Positions 1 through 10,760 of a stretch of 64,000 nucleotides of DNA are shown here, piece after piece. The position numbers and the translations under genes were made by a program. Every line of letters starts with the position of its first letter. Within the stretch, counting starts at the first letter, position 1. The stretch is taken from positions 88,972,001-89,036,000 of the forward strand of contig CM052816.1 in assembly GCA_028534125.1 (NCBI GenBank), read 5' to 3'. Origin of the DNA: Lama glama (Eukaryota). The notes beneath the pieces are model-generated. The model saw only the letters and a list, made by a program, of their open reading frames with translations, did no database searches and had not been told where the DNA came from.

Positions 1-314
1 TTGTGTTGTGACCCTCTCTGTGATGTGATTGGTAATGCATAATTTTATTCACTATGCTCACCATTATTTTATTGTTATATCTGATTTTTTCTTTCTAAAA
101 AGCCCCCCAATGCAGATCTTATAGGCAGTGAGCCTCAGCTTTCTCATTTCTGAGATGGGGATTTGTTAAAAGTAAATGTAAGCACTTTTTAAAGTATTCT
201 TTCATAAGGTAAAGTAATATGTGAATGAAAACTGCTGTCAGTATCTTTCCTTGAGAGTCTGCCTTCATGTTTTTCCTACATGTTTTTTCAGTTCCTTGGT
301 TACATGCTTTAATT

Positions 315-1250
315 CTCATTTGTTTGCTGAACAAATATTTGCTGATATTCTACTATGTTTCAGAGGCTGTTTCAGGGGCTGGGAATATAGCAATGAACAA
401 CACAGATAGAATTCCTGTCCATGTTAGCTGCAAAACTCAGAAAAATAATTAAAGAAATAAATTGAAGCATGTCAATAGTAGATAATGATGAGAGAAATAA
501 AGAAATGTACAGTGGCTATGAGGCTTAGGGAGCAATGAGGCAGTGGAAGTTTTCAATTTTTAATATGAAGATTGGAAAACTCCTCACTGGGAAAATGGCC
601 TTAAAGAAAAAGTCTGAAATAAGGGTGATACCTATGTGAATACCTGGGGGCAAATTATACCTGGCAAATAAAACAGCAAATGCAAATGTCCTGAGACAGT
701 AGGGTACTTGTCATATCTGAAGAACAATAAAAGGCAGGGGTGTAATGTAGCTAGAGAGAAATAAGGAAAGGGTAGTGGGGAATAAAGCTGGAGGTATTAA
801 GCAGGGAGTGTCATGTAAGGGCTTTGTGGCATTTGTACTGTGACCCTCTCTGTCATGTGACAGGAAGCCATGGAGGGTCTGAGCAAGGTTCACTCTGCCT
901 ATTGTAAGATCATGAAACCAAAAGGGGAGCAGAGAGGAATCAAGAAGACCAGTTGGGATGCTGTCACCCATTGACCAATTGAGAAGGAATGATGGTGTTG
1001 ACCAAATGTCAGTTCGTGTGTCAGTGAAAAAAACAAATCCTTGATGTGTTTTTAAGTTAGAGATGACAGTATATACTGCCAGGTTTAATGCTGGTGAGAG
1101 AAAAAGAAAGGAGCCTCAAATATCTATCAGGCTTTAGGTCTGAAAAGATGGAAGAATGGAGTTACCTTTTATTGAGATGTAGGGAGCGCTGTTTGTGTGT
1201 GGACAGGTGTGATGATGGCAGTGCATGTGTGTATCAAGGAGAATTAGTAG
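315..1250 (-). mobile_element. L2 LINE, degraded 3' portion
   Basis: Reverse-complement L2 tail (aacaaatatttgctga...ctactatgt...ggggctgggaatatagcaatgaacaacacaga) followed by typical L2 body sequence (ggaagccatggagggtctgagcaagg). Confidence 0.75.
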
Positions 1251-1329
1251 GGTTTCTTTTATTGATAAGTTTAATATAATTATTAGATCAAGATCTATAA
1301 TCCAGACTTCCTTCACCCTGTTAAACACC

Positions 1330-1656
1330 TACTTGTACATTTCCTTTGAGTCTATGTGTGTCCCCTCTCTGGATCCCACGTCTCCTACCTATTCTCACTG
1401 ACTGGCATTAATCGTCAATCCTTCTTGCCTGAGTTATTAAAACAGCCTCTGAATCCTCTCTCTGCTACTCATCACTCCTCTATTTTGTGCCTCTCGGGCA
1501 CTGAAATCAGGTTAGTACTTTCAAAATGCAGTAGAGATTATGTCACTATCCATTCCAAAGATGGATAAAAGACTCCCCTTCCTTTCTTCCACTCATTTCC
1601 TTCCTGGTATCCAAGATATTCCAAAATCTGACTCCAAACTTTAATCTTTTAAATGC
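1330..1656 (+). mobile_element. L2 fragment, interrupted by a young L1
   Basis: L2-like motifs (aacagcctct..., ttcaaaatgcagtagagattatgtcact); highly diverged. Confidence 0.5.
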
Positions 1657-1663
1657 ATTTGAC

Positions 1664-2029
1664 TTTTTTTTTACATTTTTTATTGATTTATAATCATTCC
1701 ACAATGTTGTGTCAGATTCCAGTGCTCAGCACAATTCTTCAGCCATTCATGGACACATACACACTCATTGTCACATTCCCTTCTCTGTGAGTTATCATAA
1801 CATTTTGCGTACACTTCCCTGTGCTATACAGCGTAATCTTGCCCATCCACTCCACAATTTCGAAATCCCAGTCCATCCCTTCCCACCCTCCACCCCCCGG
1901 CAACCACAAGTCTGTATTCTCTGTCTGTGAGTCTATCCCTGTCCTGTATCCATGCTTTGTTTTTGTTTGTTTGTTTGCTTTTGTTTTTGTTTTTTAGATT
2001 CCACATATGAGTGATCTCATATGGTATTT
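1664..2029 (-). mobile_element. Young 5'-truncated L1, 3'UTR only, camelid-type
   Basis: Poly-T at 1664-1672, then L1 3'UTR hallmarks ttccctgtgctatacag, atcccttcccacc and tagattccacatatgagtgatctcatatggtattt. Candidate TSD ATTTGAC at 1657-1663 and 2026-2032. Confidence 0.9.
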
Positions 2030-5000
2030 GACATTGTTGCTCATCAATAATTAGAATTCTATCAATTGAATTGTTCCCTGTGACAGGAATAACCAACTTC
2101 CTCCTCAACCTTCAGCTCATACTCACTTGACCAAACCCCCTTTCATCAAGAACAATCCTAATTCTCTCTCCTTAAAGGCACACTCAGCTCCTACCACCAG
2201 TAGGGAGTAATCAATCTCTATTCAAACTCCGATTTTTAACTTTTTTATACTATTTATGTCCATGAGTTTTACATTCTAGATTTCCTTATAAAGTGATTCC
2301 TCTGGAAATGATCGTGCTTAGCTAGAAAAGATAATCCAGATAGACATGGACCTTTCTGTGGTCCAGGGGTATAAATTGCTGCACAACAGTCTAGCAGATG
2401 CCAGTTTTTAAGACCAATACAATCCTACCAGTGCAGTTGATGCTGGTTAAATTGTTAAAATGCATTTTTTTTTAAATCTCACTTGCTTCATTTGAATTGG
2501 ATAATGAAATTGTTTATAATATCAACAAGACAAAGGTTACCTTTAAAAATGGAAAAGACATAGTATTTTGGTCCCATACACTTATACGGGTACCCATACA
2601 ACAGTATTCTTATGATTGTGTGTCTTGAGCTAAATTCTGTACCCTTTATGTAGTGGTAGAGCCGATTTGGGTGGTGGCTTATTTTCTTAGATAATTGGCC
2701 CCATGGTCAAAGGGAAGCAAAGACTTAAGTTTTTGCCAGGAATGACCTTTCACTACAAGAGTTATTTTAAATATCTATTCTTATCACTAAAGACTTAGTC
2801 TAAAAAGAGCAAAAAATCAATAAACCCATTTAGAGACAGTGAAAAGACAAAGTAGATGATATAGTGGGAGCAGTGAAAGGCAGAGGAAGATGGAAAGAGA
2901 TTGTGTTAATTTGGAGAGTAAAAAAATATATATATATCAAAAGTCTTGCCATTTCCAGTGTTATTAGGACCAAATGTGGAGAAATAGATAACCTTTAAAG
3001 AAGAGTCCAAGTCAAATATTCTAACTTAAAAATAATAGTTTCTGGGAATAATTGAGGTCAAATTTATTGGATTGAAATCAAATAATCCAATTTAGAAATA
3101 AACTCAGATAATAAGGATGCCACTTAAACGGCTTATCTGAACAAAAGCAAACTTTATCCATGGCAAACTAGAACTTGTGAGCGAGCCGAAGGGCTTGCAG
3201 ACAACCGTGACTCCTACTCTTTAGACGCTGGTGGAGGTAAGTGTTTGATCTGCAGCATGACTGCAAACTTCCTAGGGCTGGACACTCTGCAAGCTTCTCT
3301 TCCTGCAGAGAGACCTGTCCCGTTTTTATTTTTGTAGGGCAAGTTTGAGTGTTCTTGAGAGAAGCAAGACGAAAACAATATGTCTTTGGGCACCAAAGAG
3401 CCTGTACCAGGATATCAAATCTTTAAACGTGTTACTGAGAAAATCTGATATGTAGGATCTTCAGACGAGGGGCAGTTGGACTCAGCCCCAGCTCCTCCAG
3501 CAGTCCTGCTTGTCTATCTGCTCAGCACCTCTGATGAAATGTCAGAGTCAGAGTCGGGGCTTTTCATAATCACCAGTCTGCACGGAGAAGGAGAAAACCA
3601 AAGGTGTTGTGGATTGTTGACTCTATGTTAGGCCTCTCAAAAAACAAAACAACAAAAAAATCAATTTTGCACCTTTATAGGCCCAAAGAGGTGAAAGGCT
3701 TGACAAAGGTCACTCGGCGACCATATCATTGTCAGAACCTTGACAAGAAGTGAAATCTCTTTCTGTTTTTTCTATACAATCTTGAATGAAATCTTGGAAT
3801 AAAAAGAGCGAGAGAGAATGAAAGAGGAAGGGAGGAAGAGAGGGAAGAGGAGGTAAAAAGAAAATAACACAAGGAACTCAGCGTAGATCCTATTTTAATC
3901 CACATAAGAAGGTAAACCGGAGGATTATTCAAATTCCAGAAATCCAGATCTTCATTCTGGCTGTGACCGAATCTCCCAGAGTTGACTAGTGTTAAAGAAA
4001 AACACTTTTTGTCCTTTATCTTTTCCATATCTCCACTCAATCTTAGCCGTAGCCCAAACGTTTGTAACATCGGGACAGAATTTCCTGACATGCACTTTTT
4101 AGAACATAAGCTTTGTGATATGCCAATATTAATAGTACTTTCTTGTGAAACAAACTGTGGAGAAACATGTAAAAAAATAATATTTCACTCATAAATTGAT
4201 TACCCAATTCTACTTCTAAAATATAGCAACAATTCTCGAAAATTTTCCCTTTTAGTTATTTAATTGTCCTTTCCAGGATAGTTACTTCAGCAACAGAGCT
4301 CCATTGGAAAAACCTGATATTTAATGTAAGCAACCATTTAAAACATAATAATTTTATTTTTATAGAGGTAATAAATTCTGATATAGTACAACAAAAAAAC
4401 ATACTTACTTTATGATAAAAGATCTATTTATATGTTGTTTTAAATTCTTATTTGAGAGTTGCTAAGATAAAGCTTTTTTTAATCATTATTATTTGTACCT
4501 GGATTTTAGTAGCAAGTTTTCTATTTATAGGAAATAATATTGCTCTTGGCAGGTATTACTGCACTGAAATATACAGAATCCACTCTGGCTTCAAAGGCAG
4601 ATGCTGTCTGAGATAGGTATGCATTAGCTTTATGAAATATCCTTGACTACTTGTCTGAATTCAAGGTTTATTCTCTATCGGCATCTTTTCCTACAGGTTA
4701 TTTTTCAGAATATTTAAGAGTATTTGTTTTATTCAGGACCACTTGTTCCATTTTATGTTCTCTCTATATTTTGGCCACATGTGTAGTTTGATCAAACAGA
4801 AACTTTCATAAGTTGAAAGATGCAGATATTGGAACTGCCGAAAATTCAATATGACTTCAAAAGAAATAGATCAATAGTGATCTGTAATTTGTGTGCCTTT
4901 GTTCGTCCAGTCTGTACCTGCCACAGAACCCTTTGCATTCAGTGTCTCACTGGCATGCATTAGTCAAGGCTCAGTGCATTTGCAAATCCTCACTGAAGCC

Positions 5001-5684
5001 CTCAGGAATGTTTTTGAGCTACTAGCTTCTTTCTTATGGGAGGAGTGGTTAGTATAGCTGTTATGTTTGTACGGATAAACGTGATTTTGAGGTTAGAGGA
5101 AATCGCTGATATTGTTAGTTCTTGATAGCTCAAAAATCTGTCTAATATGACCTATCTTTACCAAAAATATGAGCACATCATGCATATTCATAGCTCGCTG
5201 AATTCTAAGTTAAAAGGAACCTATAGCTACACATCTGCAGATATAATTCATATATATATAACTGACTGTCCAGTTCACAACCCACTTGATGTAGTGTTGT
5301 CAATATGGGTCAAATTACATTAGCTCATCCATTGTTCCAGATACTCATATACAGAGAGAAATAACTAATTTGTTGAAGCAGTTTTTAACAGTAACATACT
5401 TTTATGTTCAACTTCAAAACCCAAATAATGAAAACGTGTTTTTACTCTATGAAACTTATTTGTTTGCATCATAAAATGATTTGATTCATTCAGAATTTTT
5501 TTTTCTCTAATTATATAGCCCTCATTGCTACCACAGCTAAAGTTTAGTTTGGATTTGGAGAATTGAGTGTGATATACAAGAATAAATGTAAAATCACTGG
5601 GGTAATCTAATTGAGAAATGACATGTGGGATTCTTTAATATATAAATGATAACTCAAGCCTTCAGAATTAATGATCACCTACAA

Positions 5685-5851
5685 TAGGAATTCTCAAATC
5701 TGTTTGCATATTAGTATCATTTGGAGTCCTTTATACAAATATAGATGCCCTTAGAATATATACATGTACTTGGACTTAAAGGGACCCTATATAAGTATGC
5801 TATAAAGACATCCCAAATGATTTGAATGTGTTGCTAACATTGAGAACCTGT
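5685..5851. mobile_element. MER5-like hAT-Charlie MITE
   Basis: Ends ttctcaaatctgtttgcatattagtatcatttgga and ccaaatgatttgaatgtg...ttgagaacc match the MER5A/B pattern with degenerate TIRs. Confidence 0.6.
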
Positions 5852-5859
5852 GACTTAGA

Positions 5860-6800
5860 TGAGATGGCACATGGTAGTTGAAGCTATGACTCCGAGTGAG
5901 AACATCTAAGAAGAACATAATTTGGAGGTTAGTGACAAGGGCTTAGGAATGTGCCTGAGCATTTCATTTCAAAGATGGGTGGAGACTAATGCACAAGCAC
6001 TGAAGATTAAGAAGAGCTTCTTAGTGAAAGAGGAGGAAATCCCCGAGAATAGCATTCAGGAGCCAAGAGAGAATGGTGTCTCCCATTTTCAGCAGGGCTG
6101 GATGCTGCTGGCAACCCCACTAAAAGGAGGACCAATCTAGAATTTATAGGTGGCTTTGCAATAACTGTGTTGTTGGGAGCAGAAACTGGATTGCCAAAGG
6201 TGTAAAATGCAAGTGAATAGAAAATGTGGACAAGAGTAGAGAACATTGGTTGTTAAAAAAGGAGGAAGGAGCTGCATATTTCCTTGAGGAAGTGCAGTTG
6301 AATCCTAAGAAAGGTGATTTTTTTTTTTAGGATGGAAAAGACAAACATTTTTAAATGTTGAAGTAAGTGATCTAATGGAGCAGAGGTAAAAGAGAGGGAA
6401 GGTAAACGCGATAGTGTAAAGGTTCCTAAGAAAGCAGAGGGGCGTGTGGTTGTGATGGATAAAGGGAGAGGGGAAGACGTACTTGCTTTGCTCTGATTGT
6501 TATTTGCTGCTGTTTTATGATCCATTTATTGAACATCTAAGACATGACAGATTGTGAATCAACTATGAATCAAATAAAAATAAAAATGAGACATTGCCTT
6601 ATGCCTGTCCTAAAGTGGGATGTAATATCCTAGAGAAGACAGATACCTGAATAAGTTATTGTGATATAAGTTTATAATAGAAACCAAGGGAATGGAAGGA
6701 TTCAATTCTAGGAGGTGACCAGGATGGCCACCCAGGGGAAGACTCTTAAAGACTGAATTAACGGAGAAAGAAAACAGAAGAAGAGCGTTCATCAAAGAGA
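5860..6800 (-). mobile_element. L2 fragments
   Basis: Purine-rich L2 body (ggaggaaatccccgagaatagcattcaggagccaagagagaa) and a second L2 tail at about 6520 (catttattgaacatcta). Confidence 0.55.
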
Positions 6801-6879
6801 AGAAATACATTACTTACCATTTTTTTTTTTTAATATCTGGTGACAGCCAACAGGGAACTAGAAACTGTTGATGCCTTGT

Positions 6880-6960
6880 AAGCATTCAGTTCTCTGAACA
6901 CGATGAGGTAGGTGTTATTATTCCCAAATTAAAGATAGAGGAAGCTCGGGCTCAGTAGAT
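6880..6960 (-). mobile_element. MIR SINE fragment
   Basis: atgaggtaggtgttattattcccaaattaaagatagaggaagctcgggctcag is the MIR core, reversed. Confidence 0.7.
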
Positions 6961-9039
6961 GTGAAAAGATAGAGTTTTTAGAATGAGATGCTGATTCTCA
7001 TATACGTATAAAATAATTACAAGCTGAAGATTTATTTCACTTAAAATGTTATAACTGGTTCAAAGGGTATTCAAGGCTTTTTACGTACGCAGATAAAGAA
7101 AGCTGAAATAAATGTATTCAAAGATGCTAAGTTGTCTTTATCTGTTTGTTTGGCTTTGTGTCAGCTATACTGCCCTTTTTTGGTGGCAGATTGATCATCC
7201 ACCAGACAGACTTTATGTATATTTGGACTATGAACATCATAGAGTTATCACCCCCAACCATCACCAGTAGCATCAGATCATTGGAAGACTGTGCTACATA
7301 ATGACTAGTTTTCTGTTGGAAACCTTCGGTAATATTTTTGGTTCATTTAAAAGACTTTCACAATTTTTTTTCCCCCTATGAATGAGTTGCTCAGGCTTCA
7401 GAGAAGATTTGAATGTGCCTCCTGAATTTGTAAAATTCACAAATGCAACTCAGAGTTGAACGGATCCATTCTCTTCTACCTTGAGGGGTGACAGGCTTGA
7501 TTTCTTCTTTTAAATTGATATCATTTATTTGGGGAGTAGCTAGTTGACTTTAAACATGACTTTGTTAGTGGTGGAACGATGGCCCCCGCAAAACCCATAG
7601 GCCTGAACTAGGCTAGTGTTGCCACCTTATTAGCATATTGCTCTGATAGATTTAATGGACCTACTTTCCATAAGTTTAGCCATATAAGCATTTCCATAAA
7701 ACTTTCTATTATAAATGTTCAAGTGAGTCAAGATATTGAGCTCCAGGACTGTGGATATCCTGAAAAGAAACATGAATTTTTCATATCTGTGTTATATATT
7801 TCCTATATAGTTTCCAGTGTTTGCAAACAATTACAACAGAAAGTGTTTAGAACAGCAGTTACTTACTATAGGACTTAGACGAGAAAATATAGGAGACATT
7901 TTAAATACATAAATGCAAAAGAACTAAGTTTGTCTGTTGCTATGGTAGCTACTAGATTTTGGGAAAAAAAAAAAAGGATTTCTCTCTGGGTATCATGGAT
8001 ATCAAAAAGACAAAGGGTGAGAATGTGGTCAGTTAGGTGTGATGTTTTTTTTTCCTTTAAACTGAGTTGGAAGAATTATCTTACCATCTGTGTTCTGTAC
8101 TGAATTTCAAGCACATAAATAAGCAAAACACGACTTGGGATAAAAGCAGCTTGTGTACTGTTCAATGCCAAGTTCATTCTCGTGAAACAGAATGGAATCA
8201 CTTGATTTTAAAAATGTATAATATTGTCTCTTAAAGGCAAATGCTGTACCATTCACATGAATTATAAATGAAGGACCCAAGTTAAGGACTAAAAGGAGAA
8301 ATCAATCTTGAAATTGCGCTCACAAATAGCATCGTTTCACATAATCTTTATGTCTACAGACCGGGGGCCTGTCTAATATTAGTATATTCGTAACAGGCCC
8401 TACAGCTAAGCTCTATTCCAGTGAACAAATACAGGATTTAAGATATGTCATCTCAGTGATTGCAGCTAGTCTGAAAATATGTTAATTTCCCCCCATGATT
8501 GGCTTGTTTTCAAGTGCCTGATCCTTTCATTCACCACGTGAATTACCTTTAAGTACTTACTCACATCTGAGCTTGAACACAGCTTGTACGACCAAGATCA
8601 TCAGTGTCATATCACATCACTTCAACCAGCTTTTCTTTTTGACCCTATTCCATTAGTAACATACTCCTGTTGCACCAAAGCATATTCCATCTACATTTTG
8701 TATCATTTAAAAGAAGGGTTTATTTTTATGTTTTGACATGCAGTGTTACAAAAGGAATCAAAGTCACGAGGAAATGTCTTGCAAATTATTTTGATTATTC
8801 TATTTACTTTAGGTCGTTAGCATAACATACTTGTTCATGAAACTGTAATTTCAAAGTGTTGAAAACCAAAACAGAGCAGTTAGAATTTCTCTGTCAAGCT
8901 ATTTTTTGTCAATTCACTGTGTTCTTTGAAGAATTATTTTTTTTGCCTTGTTCTCTGTTCAGCATCTCTAATTAATAACTTGCAAAAACAAAATCTTGTA
9001 ATAATTTTACAAGGGAGTCTTGTTTAAAATAGTTGGAAT

Positions 9040-9115
9040 TGGTTGAGCGTTTTTGTGCCAGGCACAGCTTAACACTGTATATAGGCAATTCCATTTAATC
9101 CTGGTGATAACACAA
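9040..9115 (-). mobile_element. MIR fragment, interrupted by an LTR
   Basis: ttgagcgtttttgtgccaggcac...ccatttaatcct resembles the reversed MIR 3' end. Confidence 0.6.
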
Positions 9116-9549
9116 TGAGAGTGTAGGGGTGGTGTGGTGTTCAGATTAAAAGTAGGTACAGACTATAGACAGAGTGTGGGCCATCTCCAAAGAGGGAGGG
9201 AGAGAGGGCAGTGAGCCAGTCTTTACAGGCTTGGTGGCTTCAAATGCTGATAAGTGGAAGGACCAGTCTAACTATCCTGGGGAAGGGGCTGAGATTCCCA
9301 GGAAGTTGGCCGTTTCCCACTCTTTGACCTTTTGTGGCTAGCCTTGGGACTGTCATGGTGCCTGTGGGCATGTTGTTCACCATGTTAATATATTGCAATG
9401 GGCATATAGTGAAGCTCAAGATCTGCTAGAAGTCAAATCTCTCACCATCTTGAGCCTCAAGGCCGACTGGGGGTTGAATCTTCCACCATTTTGATGTTCA
9501 TTGCTGTATCATTCCTTGAATGGCTGTGCCCTGCCCCCTCCCCATCTCA
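9116..9549 (-). mobile_element. Solo LTR, ERV1 class (MER41-like)
   Basis: 434 bp bounded by the inverted repeat TGAGA...TCTCA. Internal blocks (gggactgtcatggtgcctgtggg, gctcaagatctgctagaagtcaaatctctcaccatcttg) resemble recalled artiodactyl MER41-like LTRs. No clear TSD. Confidence 0.7.
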
Positions 9550-10479
9550 TTCTGAGGTCATCAATCTGTGATTTTCTTTGTGGAAAACAGCTTCTGGATT
9601 AAAGAATGTATAGGGAAGGTTGGGGGCTATTTTAGCAAAGCAATTGAGCGAGTAAACAAAAAGAAAAACAAGATGTGTCAAAATCAATCAGCAAACAGCA
9701 GCAAACAGCCTTAGCATCAGGGAAGCCATTTTGTCAGTTATGTTAGATTTCTTCTCTTTCATCTTCCTGCATAAAGTGGCGTTCAGTCATGGGAACTTTT
9801 GTTCATGCTTCTTCCCAGCTAAAGCCCAGAACCACAGAGACTTCCTCATAAATCACCACATTTCTATGCCAAAGTAAAATAAATCTGGAATATATGTCAG
9901 GTAAATCTTGAAAATAGATATATGAAAAGAATAGGCTTTGGGTAAATTTATGGAAACAGGAATTTTGTTTTTAACCATGTTGAGGAGATGGGAAGAGGAC
10001 TGTGAACTGTTGTTGCTTAATTATAAGGAAATCATCTTTGGGTCTTCATTAAGCTATGATTAATGAGTTAGAGTGCAACCATCTTCTTTCTTTTCTTTAC
10101 TTCTTCTAGATTCACAGGAGACCATAGCCATGATTTTCTCAATAACACATCTAAAGAAAAAGATAGAAAGGAAAGAAAATAGGGAAAGAGAGAAAAAGGA
10201 AAGAGGAAGCAGTGAGTGGGAAGGGAAGATAGGAACAACAGTTTACAAGAGGAAGGAAATTTGGAAAGTCAGTTTTAATAATCACAGAAACACCACAGGA
10301 GACAGAATTGGACTTTTTTTCTATAACAATCAAGGCCATTTTTCTAAAGTGGGATGAAATTTCTATCTGAGGATCTGAGGGGAGGTTTCCTTTCTTCCTG
10401 AGTTTCTGCTTTTTTTTTTTTTTTTCTTTTCGTTTGCCCCAAGCTAAAAGGGAGTGTGTAGCTGGAGGCAACTTATTGC

Positions 10480-10760
10480 TGAGAACAAAGACATCGCATC
10501 CCAAATGTCACCCTGTCGCTAGTGTCAGACCAATTAATTCCATGCAGAATCTGAAAGGAAATAGACAATGGCAAGAGATCAAAGGGATTTTGAGCCTGCA
10601 GAAGAAGGAAGTTTCGGGAACTGTGTTCCGGGAGGCCGTTGATAAACCCAAGCACAGTTCCCTCCTCCCTGTCTCGGAGTTGGAGAAGGCTCCAGGGAAA
10701 ATCTTGCTTTAACATCAGAATGCGATTCTAAGCATAAAGGATTAACGCCCACTTGCGGAG
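10480..10760. promoter_or_regulatory. Putative enhancer-like element
   Basis: Non-repeat, locally CpG-retaining. Contains optimal TCF/LEF AGATCAAAGGG (10576-10586), Sox ACAATGG, ETS AGGAAGT and CAATTAATT motifs. Confidence 0.35.

Noticed and set aside
1709..2108. ORFs of 73 and 94 aa
   Set aside because: Chance frames in an L1 3'UTR.
8561..8690. Minus-strand AG...GTAAGT exon-like segment
   Set aside because: Weak acceptor and stops in all three frames.
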